Source of the DNA: Bdellovibrionota bacterium
GTDB lineage: Bacteria > Bdellovibrionota_C > UBA2361 > CALJRW01
Assembly: GCA_041740355.1 (NCBI GenBank)
Contig: JBGSMD010000006.1
Location: 1 to 64,000, forward strand
Direction of reading: 5' to 3'
Length of the DNA stretch: 64,000 nt
Below the pieces are notes generated by a model. The model was not told the DNA's origin. It saw only the letters and a list, made by a program, of their open reading frames with translations, and ran no database searches. Position 1 is the first letter of the stretch, and each line of letters begins with the position of its first letter. This document shows, in pieces, positions 48,248-58,503 of this stretch. The translations under genes were made by a program, and so were the position numbers.

Positions 48248-51103
48248 ATGGGAAATGAGAGTAAGCTAACAACTAAGTCGACTGATGTTTTTGCTAGTCG
48301 TCATTTGGGCTTAAGTGATTCGGAGATTTCCGAGCTTTTAAACGAGCTTGGTTTTAAAACACTAACAGATTTTATTTCCAAAGTTATTCCTCAGCAGATC
48401 CAAGTTTCTAATTCATTACGACTAAGTACATTTCAAGAGCCAATGTCGGAAGCAGAGTGTTTGGCATATTTCCAGTCCTTAGCTAAGAAAAATATTATTG
48501 CTAAAAATTACATTGGTTGTGGATATTACGACACAGTAGTTCCAGCAGTAATTCAAAGAAATATTTTAGAGAACCCAAGTTGGTATACGCAGTACACTCC
48601 TTACCAGCCAGAAATCTCTCAGGGTCGTTTGGAAGCACTGCTTAATTTTCAAACAATGATCATGAGCCTGACAGGCTTGGAGATTTCCAACGCATCACTG
48701 CTAGATGAAGGCACAGCTGCGGCAGAAGCGATGTATATGTCGTTTAATCTTTACGGGAAAAACAATCCAAATATTCGTAAATATTTTGTTGATCAAAATG
48801 TTTTTCCACAGACGCTAGCTGTTATCCAAACTAGAGCTACAAGTCTTGGCTTGGAATTAGTTGTTGGGGATTATCAGAAATTCACTGAGTTTAAAGAAGT
48901 TTTTGGATGTTACATTCAGTACCCTGCAAGTCATGGTGGGGTAATTGATTATCGTAAATTCATTGCGACAGCTAAGAATGCTGGTTGTTATGTTACTGTT
49001 GGAACGGATTTACTAGCACTTTGTTTATTGGAATCTCCTGGAAGTATGGGAGCGGACATCGCTGTTGGCTCAGCACAACGCTTTGGAGTGCCGATGGGAT
49101 TTGGTGGGCCACATGCCGGGTTCATGGCGTGCAAAACTGAATTTCAAAGACTAATTCCGGGAAGATTAATCGGTGTTTCTAAAGATCGCTTAGGAAATCC
49201 TGCTTTAAGATTATCTTTGCAGACTCGTGAACAACATATCAGACGGGACAAGGCGACCAGTAATATTTGTACGGCGCAAGTACTACTTGCTATCATGGCA
49301 GTGATGTACGCCACTTATCATGGGCCAGCGGGACTTAAAGCCATTGCTACACGAGTTCATCGCTTAACAAAAACTCTGGCCAAAGTTTTAGCTGATAATG
49401 GAATTGCTATTAAGCAAAAAGAATTTTTTGATACGCTAGAAATTGAAGCTAATGCGGAAGTTATTGCCCGGGCAAATGCTGTAAATATTAATTTAGGAGT
49501 TTGGAAGTCAGGTTCGATTGTAATTGCAATTGATGAAACAACTTCAGCTAGTGATTTGCAACAGATAATTAAAGTAATAACAAAAAAAGAAATTACCTTA
49601 GATGAGATTGAGAGAATCTTTGCTTTAGAAAAAGTTAATTTAGAACTTTCTCGCAAAAGCGAATATTTAAAGGAATCAGTATTTAACACTTACCATACGG
49701 AGACTGAGTTCCTTCGTTACGCTAAAAGACTAGAGACTAAAGATTTATCCCTAGCGACTGCAATGATTCCACTGGGATCTTGTACGATGAAGTTAAATGC
49801 AACGACCGAAATGTTGCCGGTAACTATGCCGGAATTTTCTAAGATTCATCCCTTTGCTCCTGAGTCACAAACAGTTGGATACTTAGAATTAATTAATACT
49901 TTGGAGAAGTCTTTAGAAGAAATTACGGGATTTGATTGTGTTTCTTTACAACCAAATGCTGGATCACAAGGCGAGTTTGCTGGACTTATTGCAATTAAAG
50001 CTTACTTAAACTCTAGAGGGGAGTCACATCGTGATATTTGTTTAATTCCAAAATCGGCGCATGGAACAAATCCAGCGAGTGCTGTGATTGCTGGGTTAAA
50101 AGTCATCGTCATCGAGTGTGATCAGGATGGGAATGTTGATTTAGCAGACCTCGAAGCCAAAGCAAAATTACACCAAGCAAATTTAGCTGCGCTGATGGTT
50201 ACTTATCCTTCAACTCATGGCGTGTTCGAGGAAGACATTAAAATTATTTGTGACTTGATTCATAAAAATGGTGGGCAAGTTTATTTGGATGGGGCGAACT
50301 TTAATGCCCTAGTTGGACTTTCTTACCCAGCAGAGATTGGAGCTGATGTGATGCACATCAATTTACATAAAACTTTTTGTATTCCACATGGTGGTGGTGG
50401 ACCGGGAGTTGGACCAATTGCCGCTAAAGAACATTTGCGAAATTATTTACCGTCTCATCCACTTGCATTTAGTAATGATGGTTTCGGCCCAGTATCAGCT
50501 GCGCCTTATGGCAGTGCTTCCATTCTATCAATCTCTTTAGCTTACATTGCAATGATGGGAGCCGAAGGTTTAGTGAAAGCTTCGCAAGTTGCAATTTTAA
50601 GTGCTAATTATTTAGCCAATAAACTTGGAGAGTTTTATCCAGTACTTTATCGTGGAAAAAATAAACTTGTAGCACATGAGTGTATTTTAGATTGTCGATC
50701 CTTTAAGGATGTTGGTGTGGAAGTAGAAGACATTGCCAAACGCTTAATGGATTATGGTTTTCATGCGCCAACTGTATCTTGGCCAGTGCCGGGTACGATC
50801 ATGGTCGAACCAACAGAATCTGAAGGCCTAGCAGAGTTAAATCGTTTTTGTGAAGCAATGATTGGTATTTCTAAAGAAATTGCTGATATTAAATCAGGAG
50901 AACTTGATCGTGCTGATAATCCTTTAAAATCAGCCCCACACATAGCAATTGAGGTTTGTGGAAATGTTTGGAATCATTCTTATTCCAGAGAGCTTGCTGC
51001 TTATCCAACAAACTTTGTGAAGAATTATAAATTCTGGCCAACTGTTGCTAGAATTGATGCTGCTTATGGGGATAGAAATTTGGTTTGTAGTTGCTCAGCT
51101 TAA
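48248..51103 (+). CDS. gcvP: Glycine dehydrogenase (decarboxylating), single-chain P protein
   Basis: [46 protein letters not shown]-Lys [16 protein letters not shown]. Confidence 0.98.
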   Translation: MGNESKLTTKSTDVFASRHLGLSDSEISELLNELGFKTLTDFISKVIPQQIQVSNSLRLSTFQEPMSEAECLAYFQSLAKKNIIAKNYIGCGYYDTVVPAVIQRNILENPSWYTQYTPYQPEISQGRLEALLNFQTMIMSLTGLEISNASLLDEGTAAAEAMYMSFNLYGKNNPNIRKYFVDQNVFPQTLAVIQTRATSLGLELVVGDYQKFTEFKEVFGCYIQYPASHGGVIDYRKFIATAKNAGCYVTVGTDLLALCLLESPGSMGADIAVGSAQRFGVPMGFGGPHAGFMACKTEFQRLIPGRLIGVSKDRLGNPALRLSLQTREQHIRRDKATSNICTAQVLLAIMAVMYATYHGPAGLKAIATRVHRLTKTLAKVLADNGIAIKQKEFFDTLEIEANAEVIARANAVNINLGVWKSGSIVIAIDETTSASDLQQIIKVITKKEITLDEIERIFALEKVNLELSRKSEYLKESVFNTYHTETEFLRYAKRLETKDLSLATAMIPLGSCTMKLNATTEMLPVTMPEFSKIHPFAPESQTVGYLELINTLEKSLEEITGFDCVSLQPNAGSQGEFAGLIAIKAYLNSRGESHRDICLIPKSAHGTNPASAVIAGLKVIVIECDQDGNVDLADLEAKAKLHQANLAALMVTYPSTHGVFEEDIKIICDLIHKNGGQVYLDGANFNALVGLSYPAEIGADVMHINLHKTFCIPHGGGGPGVGPIAAKEHLRNYLPSHPLAFSNDGFGPVSAAPYGSASILSISLAYIAMMGAEGLVKASQVAILSANYLANKLGEFYPVLYRGKNKLVAHECILDCRSFKDVGVEVEDIAKRLMDYGFHAPTVSWPVPGTIMVEPTESEGLAELNRFCEAMIGISKEIADIKSGELDRADNPLKSAPHIAIEVCGNVWNHSYSRELAAYPTNFVKNYKFWPTVARIDAAYGDRNLVCSCSA

Positions 51104-51113
51104 TTACAAGATT

Positions 51114-51545
51114 TTAATTAAATGGATTGGTAACTTTTAACCATTTAAATTTTAAGAAATCGCTATCTGCCGTGATGATTTCTTTTACTCCATGCTCTTT
51201 AAGGATTGATGCGATTTGTAAATCAAAGAGAAAATTTCCTTTAGCAAAAGTGCTGCTGAGTTCTTCCAACACGATTGGCAGATGATTATTGCCGTGTGTC
51301 AGAATTCTAAGGCTTGGAGAATCGAGTATGTTTTTAATTATCAAAGCGACTTCGCTAGAGCTAGCAGGTGGACTGATCAGCTTGTGATGAGTTAGTACGC
51401 GACTAAATTCATAAATAGAACTCCAGGTGATTGCCCAAAGATTATTTCCTTCAGCTAAATCAATAATTATTTTATTAGCAACTTTATGTTGGGAAAATTC
51501 TTCGCGAACAGCGTAAATTAAAATATTTGTATCCACTGCAATCAT
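51114..51545 (-). CDS. vapC: VapC PIN-domain ribonuclease toxin
   Basis: IAVDTNILIYA, YEF, FDLQIA, TADSDF acidic residues. Confidence 0.9.
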   Translation of the reverse strand: MIAVDTNILIYAVREEFSQHKVANKIIIDLAEGNNLWAITWSSIYEFSRVLTHHKLISPPASSSEVALIIKNILDSPSLRILTHGNNHLPIVLEELSSTFAKGNFLFDLQIASILKEHGVKEIITADSDFLKFKWLKVTNPFN

Positions 51546-51790
51546 TTCAATTTTTCGTCAAAAATGCTGAATAGTTGATCTCGATTACTAATATCAATTC
51601 CTGGAATTAGGTTGCCTTTAGTCGTTGGTAATTTTAATTCAAAATTTTTCTTATTTTCCTTTGGCATATTACGGAGACCTTCTCTTAAGGTAAGTTGGAT
51701 TTGGTCTTTCAAAGTTCGTTGAGCCTGTTGCGCAAGGGTTCTTAATTCTTCTAGTAAATTTTCGTCCAACATTAAGGATGTTCTTTTCAT
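51542..51790 (-). CDS. vapB: VapB-type RHH antitoxin
   Basis: MKRTSLMLDENLL RHH start at 51790; 4-bp overlap with vapC; palindrome ACATATATATGT at 51812-51823 upstream. Confidence 0.8.
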   Translation of the reverse strand: MKRTSLMLDENLLEELRTLAQQAQRTLKDQIQLTLREGLRNMPKENKKNFELKLPTTKGNLIPGIDISNRDQLFSIFDEKLK

Positions 51791-51942
51791 ATGTATTAGC
51801 ATATTTATAAAACATATATATGTCCAATTAATTAGAATGCTAATTCGTGAGATACTCACCATTTATCGTTGAATTAATAATTTAATTTCAATTTACCTGA
51901 AAATTTCTAACTAATTTATTTTAATCGGTCGATACTAGTTAC

Positions 51943-52341
51943 ATGCTCAGACTTAATATATTGATATTACTAATTATTTCTGGTTTTGCCGAGGCTCAGG
52001 TTTGGAACTGTAAAAATGGTGTTTATACGACCAAGGAGGGTGAGGACTGTGTGCAGGTTGCATCTTCAGTGTACTGTGGAAATGGTGGGAATAAGTACAT
52101 TTCGCCCTTAAAGAATGTTGACGATTTGGTTATTGAAAGCTGTGCCGAAACTAATGAGTGGAAAAGTCCTTTAGTAGACTTAGATCTAGCCAAGGATTTG
52201 CCTAAAAGAGAGCCCAAAAAATTACAATCGACTCGTAGCAGCCGTTCAAATGGGAATGATAATAATCCATTATCTGAAAATGCCATTGTGGATCAATACA
52301 AGCAGATCTTTGATAGTTATAGTAAAATTTTAGAAGAATAA
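51943..52341 (+). CDS. Small exported Cys-containing hypothetical protein
   Basis: Signal peptide (AEA/Q); four Cys residues. Confidence 0.65.
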   Translation: MLRLNILILLIISGFAEAQVWNCKNGVYTTKEGEDCVQVASSVYCGNGGNKYISPLKNVDDLVIESCAETNEWKSPLVDLDLAKDLPKREPKKLQSTRSSRSNGNDNNPLSENAIVDQYKQIFDSYSKILEE

Positions 52342-52448
52342 ATTGCCAAATTTTTCAATATTTAATGATTAAAGCCTGAAGCATTTCAATGCTTTAGTCC
52401 GATATGTAATATAATAAAGCAGTTTTTAGGGTATAGGTTCTTTCGAAA

Positions 52449-53504
52449 ATGTTTAATAAATTTAAATATTTAGCACTAATAGTAATTGTTACACAGGTAG
52501 CAGTAACTAGCCTTATCTGCCTTGCGGAAGAGCAATCTTTTTTCCCCGGCCAAGAACGCGAGGTTAGGAATATCTTTGGTAAAGACCTAAAAATTGAGAA
52601 ATCTTATTACGCGGAAGAAGATAAATTACTGCTAGAAGCAAGTAACGAGGGTCATAATTCCAAATTGCCAGAAACCCCACAGGATAAAATAATTGCTGAG
52701 TATGGAAGTCCAAAAGTTGCTCATGAAGTGAAAGCAATTAAGGATGCTCCAAAGCCATTTCAGGCGATGATCGAAGCCCTAAAAGTTGGTGATAAGAAGC
52801 TAGCACTTGAATATGCAGTGCAATACCAAGATTACTTAGGGGAGTTAGAGAGAATCAATCAGGATGCGGCTTCGATTCAAGGTATCGCTATGTACAAGAA
52901 GGGGACGATGTCGGACGAAAGTTGGGTTAAGTCTGAACTTCAAAATAATCCTGATTTAATGCAGTTTATTAATGATGAGCCTAAGATAGAAGATCAACAT
53001 GGCAGGTTGGCTGTTGATGCCCAAGAATTACTTTTAAAAGCAAAGCGAAAAGATAATGACTTATTCGCGGGATCAATTGAAGAGAAACGTGATATTGCGG
53101 AAGCAGAACGTACTCAGGCTCGTTCCGAACTAACTGGCAAGGTTCCATACCTTCCTACTGGTCAAGTAGATGTTTATTTCTTCTTTAAGTCTACCGATCA
53201 AAAATCAATTAATCAGGGTAAAGAGTTGCAAACAGTCTATTCCAAATTAGACGACCAAGATCAGCTTAATTTCCTAGGATTTGCCCTAGATGATCAAAGC
53301 CAAGGTGATTTGCTTAACTTTCAAAAGAGAACTGGAGCTAAATTTACTACTTTGGCATCTAAAGACTTGGCTACAAAGTTAAATATTACCCATGCTCCTA
53401 CAATTATGATTGTGGATGCACAGTCTGGAAAATTTTATCAAATCAATGATGTTGTCAGTGCTGACTACTTAGATGAAATGTTTAAAATAGTGAGAGGTAA
53501 ATGA
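52449..53504 (+). CDS. Exported protein with a C-terminal thioredoxin-like domain, TraF-like
   Basis: Signal peptide; VYFFF...LATKLNITHAPTIMIVDAQSG resembles the TraF C-domain; no CxxC. Confidence 0.55.
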   Translation: MFNKFKYLALIVIVTQVAVTSLICLAEEQSFFPGQEREVRNIFGKDLKIEKSYYAEEDKLLLEASNEGHNSKLPETPQDKIIAEYGSPKVAHEVKAIKDAPKPFQAMIEALKVGDKKLALEYAVQYQDYLGELERINQDAASIQGIAMYKKGTMSDESWVKSELQNNPDLMQFINDEPKIEDQHGRLAVDAQELLLKAKRKDNDLFAGSIEEKRDIAEAERTQARSELTGKVPYLPTGQVDVYFFFKSTDQKSINQGKELQTVYSKLDDQDQLNFLGFALDDQSQGDLLNFQKRTGAKFTTLASKDLATKLNITHAPTIMIVDAQSGKFYQINDVVSADYLDEMFKIVRGK

Positions 53505-54154
53505 AGAAAGTATTTCTAGTTTTGATTTCGGGAGTAATGCTTTTTAGTCAGAGCATAGTTTTGGCAGAAAACTTACCTGTGATGTATAAAAATCAAATTA
53601 CTACTCTTGGACCAGCATCCAATGCTCCCGGAGATGGAAATCTTCCTGCTCCTTATGTACCACGTGTTCCAACAGAAGGGGCTGCGAGCACTCCTCGGGA
53701 AGCGAGCGACACGACAACATTACGAGTAGCACCGTATCAAGGATATGTAGATTCCATGAGTCATCAGGTAAGTGTTGATACTCTTAATTTAGGACTAAAA
53801 GGTAAGGTAACTCTTTACATGACAGGAGTCGCGATGACTGAACCAGCAGTGCTTGCTGGCCTACAGTCTGCTAACGAGTTTAGTAATCAACAGCTGGATC
53901 GATCTCTAAAGACCTATGACTTAGTAACTGCCGCAGCTAGGGATTCTGGTTCTGTGACATCAATGCAGTTGTTGTCTGAACTTAGTGCTTGTATCACTAA
54001 AAAAGCAACAGCGAACAAATCACATGATGTCGGATTATTAGTTGATGTTTGTTTAGCTAAAGAACCTGCAGCAGAATCTGAGCAGATTGAAACACCAAAT
54101 CGTCGCAAAGATGCTGATGGTGCCGGTATTAATACACTGTTTGTTGGAAATTAA
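53501..54154 (+). CDS. Exported hypothetical protein (tra-like operon)
   Basis: Signal peptide; ATGA overlap with the upstream gene. Confidence 0.7.
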   Translation: MKKVFLVLISGVMLFSQSIVLAENLPVMYKNQITTLGPASNAPGDGNLPAPYVPRVPTEGAASTPREASDTTTLRVAPYQGYVDSMSHQVSVDTLNLGLKGKVTLYMTGVAMTEPAVLAGLQSANEFSNQQLDRSLKTYDLVTAAARDSGSVTSMQLLSELSACITKKATANKSHDVGLLVDVCLAKEPAAESEQIETPNRRKDADGAGINTLFVGN

Positions 54155-54160
54155 AAAAAT

Positions 54161-55105
54161 ATGATGGAAAAGGTTTTAAATAAATTTTTAGTTTTGGTTC
54201 CACTTTTACTGATTAGTAATATTGTTCTTGCGGCAGATTGTGATTTTGCCAATAAAAAAACAATATCTTTGGTGGATTCTACTTTTTGCTCGAATAATTT
54301 AGTTACTCAGCTTTCAAAAGCTAAATTAGATGAGTATCGCGATGAGTATAAAAAATATTTTGGTGATGTAACTATTACGCGGGTTGATACTGAAACAACA
54401 GTAGGCTGGACACCAGCTAAAATTGCTCCTACAGAGTCAAGCGTTGGTCACTGCAATGCTCCAAATCAGCTTCCGATTACAACATTAACTTGTGAGATTG
54501 CCACTGAAAAATGGACGGGTTTGATGGAGGTCTTAAAAAAAATCTGCGATGGCGTACCAAACAAAAAACCTGAGGAAATGAAGCTCTCTAGCGATACTTA
54601 CCTTGAAGAATTAGAGGGACTAGCTAAGAAATATAACAGTCTTTCCATTCCTGAAATTAAATTTACAGAATACAATGCTCAAGCTTTTTTAAAGCTCTAT
54701 CGCACATTTACCAATGAACTTAAGTGCGACGATTTTGGAACTGCTAACAAGTTCGATGAAAAGTGGGAGCTCTATGGTAAAGAGGAGGGCAGTTTATCTG
54801 AGGAACAGCGAGATAGTTTTGATTATTCTAACTATTATTTTGTTTATGTGACTAATATTGCCTACCACCAGTCATTAAGCTTGATGTATAATTATGCTAA
54901 TTTAGTAAAAACAGCGATTTCCACAATGAATGAGGAACAGCGCAAAAGTTATGAAGTTTTATTAACTGGCCTAAATGAAAGTTCCGGCGGTAAATTAGAG
55001 GATATTCAAGCTACTCAGATGCAAATTGCCAAAGGTATTTTTGATTTAAACCAAGCAGTTGAAAATAGAGTGAAAAACTATAAGCAACCAGGGTATAAAA
55101 AGTAA
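54161..55105 (+). CDS. Exported Cys-containing hypothetical protein (tra-like operon)
   Basis: Signal peptide; six Cys; helical C-terminus. Confidence 0.7.
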   Translation: MMEKVLNKFLVLVPLLLISNIVLAADCDFANKKTISLVDSTFCSNNLVTQLSKAKLDEYRDEYKKYFGDVTITRVDTETTVGWTPAKIAPTESSVGHCNAPNQLPITTLTCEIATEKWTGLMEVLKKICDGVPNKKPEEMKLSSDTYLEELEGLAKKYNSLSIPEIKFTEYNAQAFLKLYRTFTNELKCDDFGTANKFDEKWELYGKEEGSLSEEQRDSFDYSNYYFVYVTNIAYHQSLSLMYNYANLVKTAISTMNEEQRKSYEVLLTGLNESSGGKLEDIQATQMQIAKGIFDLNQAVENRVKNYKQPGYKK

Positions 55106-55114
55106 TAGGTAAGA

Positions 55115-58100
55115 ATGACTAAAAGGATTTTAACAGGTTTTTGTTTATTTCTGGCAATTATACTAGTTGCGAGTTCGGTCTCTGCGGCACCAGTTATTAC
55201 TACCCGCTGTACGCCAGATGCCAGTGGGCATCTTTCCTCTGGTGAATATTGTTCTTCCGCGACTAACCCGATCACAGCATCCTATGCAACCATGGGCTAT
55301 TGGACTTTGGGCGCATTACTTCAAACATTTGGTGGTCTTGATCAGTTAGGTGGTCTGGAAGATACACCGCTTGGTGGTTCAGGTGCTTACCTAAAAACTA
55401 TTGGTGCTTTTATTTTCATGCTCAGTTTTTTTACTGCTGTGATCATGATGGCTCTTGGTCAACCACCTAAAATGTATGCTTGGTTCGCAGCGGGACCAGG
55501 GATTATGTATTTTTTACTTTTCAACATCGTAGAGCGTCATGGTGTGGCCTGGGAGATCGGAGGAGAAAGACAAGATCAAAGAGTTGTTTGGGAACTAGCC
55601 TATACCGGATTAAATAACCCAATTATTACCTCAACTGCTGGTAGTTTGATTGGACCAGCCTATCAAGAAGTTGGATCAATGCATGGAATTTATGTGCCTT
55701 GGTTTTTTACAAAACTTGATGAAGTTTCCAGTGAAGTAATTCAAAACATTGTAGGTTTAATGGGAGTTAGAGGTGAATTATTGGAAGACCGACATGGTGA
55801 TGGGAGTATGCCAGACCAAACTACTAACTGGCCGTTACTAAGCACCGAGAAATGGGAGCTGATGGAAAACATTACAGGTGCTAAAATTTCAAATAACGAT
55901 CTGCGGGAATTACTAGTGCAGTACATGGCCAGTGAATGTGGTGATAAGATGAGTGAGTTCTTAAACAAGGGTGCCTTTATTAAGGCTTCCACTTCTAATG
56001 GCTTAAACTTACCAAAAACACTATTCACTCTTACTCCTGATACTGTGACAAATGCTGGAACTTCAATATCAACTGATTGTAGTTCTGGAAATGATAAGGA
56101 TAAATTATTATGTGAACTAAATAAGATTCGCCTTCCAACACCCTATGCCTATAAGCAATTACTTAATAAGAAGACTGCTGATAACGCTAACCCAGGATTT
56201 CAAGAATTCGCACTTAAGGATACAATGAGTGCAGGTGCTGATGCAGAATTACAATACCAAGCTTCAACAGTTACTTGTGATGACTGGCTATGGATGTTGA
56301 TGACAGGGATTCGTTGGGAGTCTGCACTCCATTATATTAATTTACGTTCCTCCTTGGAACTACCTGTCGCTGCGGACACTGTAAAAAATGAAGTTATTGG
56401 CACTGATGTGATGGATTTCGTTTTTACTTATGACTGGGAGTTTTTAAAGGCTGATGGAGAAGAAGAGCCGATTGCCACTCCCGATCAAAGGCAACAATTC
56501 ATGTTTCATATGATTATGGCCTACATGATCCGAAATGAGTTTGCCCTAGCCCCTCAGATTGCCGAGCAAAATTTATTACCATCAGCTCGTAGTGCAAATT
56601 ATGCCGAAGAATTTTCGCGAACTACGAATTCTAAAAATAAATTTGCGGAGGTCTACACTTGGGCTAAAATGTTACCACACGTTCAAGGGATGATTTTGTA
56701 TCTTCTGTCTATTGGCTATCCACTGGCCTGTGTAATGATCCTTGTTCCGGGTTGGTGGAAGTGGATGATTACTTGGTCTAGTTTTTATGTATGGGCTAAG
56801 AGCTGGGACGCGGGTTTTGCTGTAATTCAAAATATTGAAAAATCTATTTGGGCTAATCTTGGTAACTCCAACAACGTAGCCTCGCTCAATTACCATATTT
56901 TAAAATTAGATTTCCCTAATGATCAGAATAGTACTAATGCCGTAAACTTTGTATTTGGTCCGGATGGAAAAGCCAGTTCTATCCTGCAAGGTGTTAAGTT
57001 AACCGAAGGTTATGCCCTTGATTTATTTGATCGAGGATTAATTCTTTCTCGTGCTCTTAATCATGATTTAGTAAATGCATATTACATTTATTTAATGTCG
57101 GCGCTTTACTTCGCTGTTCCTGCAGTTACTGGCCAATTATTACTTGGTGCTAAGTCGGGAATGTCCAACATGGTGAAAGAAGGTATTGGTGGAGTATCTT
57201 CCGAAGGTGGATCCGCTGCTCGTTCTGGTGCAGTAGCAGAAGAAACTCGCCATGGAACTATGAACAACATGGCCGCGGAGCAACAGTGGGCTGCTAAAGG
57301 TGCGACTCAACAAGGATTTGCGTTGAGAGCATTACAATCTAAGAATCAAGCTATGGGCTTGGAAATGCAGAGTGGCGCGGCTCAGGCACGTTCAAGTTTT
57401 ATGGAGCAAGGATCACAAAGTCGCTCTGATATGTCACAAATTGCTGAGGCACGAATAGGTCAGAAAATGGGTACATGGGGAGCAGTAAATGCTGAACATA
57501 AAGCGCATATGTCGGCCTTAGGTCGTGTGGGTGGTGCTGGTGAAAGTGAAATGGAAAGATGGGCTAGAAATCAGAATACTGGGACTTCCTCATCTTCACC
57601 ATTGCCTCCAGGTGCTTCTTCTGCAAATCCAAATGCCACACCGAGTGGCGCTCCAACACAAGGAAAGGGTGCAGTGCCACATGTTGCAAATAAAGTTCAG
57701 TCAGCAGCCAAGACTATTTTAGGGCCTGGCGACCGATATGCCTCGGAATATGGTACTCATTTATCAGGTATTTCTGACGCACAATTAGCGGAACAAAAAG
57801 CAGGGCAAAATTTAGCGCTTACGAATCAAGCACTAGATGCGAAGCAGCAAGCTAGAAGTGCGAATGTTGCAGCGTCAATGGCGCAATTTCAACTTGGAAA
57901 TCAGGCCAGAGCATCAACGGAATCGGCGGCACGTTTAACACAGGAAGCTAATTTTGGAGCACGTCAATCTGCTTATAGTGAAGGGGCGAAATTCAGCAAA
58001 CATATGTCTGGGATGATGGCTGCTAGAGGTGTCGTTGCTGGAGCATTTGATCCGAAGGATAAACCGAAGGATTTGGAATCAATCGGAGCTGGTGGGATGT

Positions 58101-58459
58101 TAGGTAATGGATATTCACAAGCTTTTTCTTATCCAAGTAATGGATTTTTAACAGAGTTAGGGGGGCAGGTATCAGCTCTCTCTCCAGCAGTAGCACATGC
58201 AAATCAAAGCTATCAAGCAGGATCCTCTGGATATGGTGTTAATTTTGATAAGGCAGTTGGGAATGTTAAAATGGCTGAAACTTATGCAATGGCATCTGTT
58301 GCTGGTAATGCACTTCTTGATGGGACTGATAAAAAGAAATTTGGTGCTGGATTAGTTAGTACTGTCACAGCAGCCGGAGCTAGAGAGGTAGTAGAAATGG
58401 CTACGGGAGAAGATCGAAATACACGCCGAGATGCATTAGCTCCTGCTTTGAAGAAGTAA
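55115..58459 (+). CDS. TraG-like (F-type TraG_N / VirB6-like) polytopic membrane protein
   Basis: N-terminal TMs, VPWF, Y...C periplasmic domain, LPHVQG.ILYL....YP, WAKSWD..FAVI, long S/G/A/Q-rich C-terminus. Confidence 0.7.
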   Translation: MTKRILTGFCLFLAIILVASSVSAAPVITTRCTPDASGHLSSGEYCSSATNPITASYATMGYWTLGALLQTFGGLDQLGGLEDTPLGGSGAYLKTIGAFIFMLSFFTAVIMMALGQPPKMYAWFAAGPGIMYFLLFNIVERHGVAWEIGGERQDQRVVWELAYTGLNNPIITSTAGSLIGPAYQEVGSMHGIYVPWFFTKLDEVSSEVIQNIVGLMGVRGELLEDRHGDGSMPDQTTNWPLLSTEKWELMENITGAKISNNDLRELLVQYMASECGDKMSEFLNKGAFIKASTSNGLNLPKTLFTLTPDTVTNAGTSISTDCSSGNDKDKLLCELNKIRLPTPYAYKQLLNKKTADNANPGFQEFALKDTMSAGADAELQYQASTVTCDDWLWMLMTGIRWESALHYINLRSSLELPVAADTVKNEVIGTDVMDFVFTYDWEFLKADGEEEPIATPDQRQQFMFHMIMAYMIRNEFALAPQIAEQNLLPSARSANYAEEFSRTTNSKNKFAEVYTWAKMLPHVQGMILYLLSIGYPLACVMILVPGWWKWMITWSSFYVWAKSWDAGFAVIQNIEKSIWANLGNSNNVASLNYHILKLDFPNDQNSTNAVNFVFGPDGKASSILQGVKLTEGYALDLFDRGLILSRALNHDLVNAYYIYLMSALYFAVPAVTGQLLLGAKSGMSNMVKEGIGGVSSEGGSAARSGAVAEETRHGTMNNMAAEQQWAAKGATQQGFALRALQSKNQAMGLEMQSGAAQARSSFMEQGSQSRSDMSQIAEARIGQKMGTWGAVNAEHKAHMSALGRVGGAGESEMERWARNQNTGTSSSSPLPPGASSANPNATPSGAPTQGKGAVPHVANKVQSAAKTILGPGDRYASEYGTHLSGISDAQLAEQKAGQNLALTNQALDAKQQARSANVAASMAQFQLGNQARASTESAARLTQEANFGARQSAYSEGAKFSKHMSGMMAARGVVAGAFDPKDKPKDLESIGAGGMLGNGYSQAFSYPSNGFLTELGGQVSALSPAVAHANQSYQAGSSGYGVNFDKAVGNVKMAETYAMASVAGNALLDGTDKKKFGAGLVSTVTAAGAREVVEMATGEDRNTRRDALAPALKK

Positions 58460-58503
58460 GATAAAAGATTAATATTAGGAATTTTGTGTAGAAAAAGATT
58501 TAC

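Noticed and set aside
51900-52410. Sigma-28 promoters (GTCGATAC, TCCGATAT) before the tra-like genes
   Set aside because: No TAAA element at the required 15-bp spacing.
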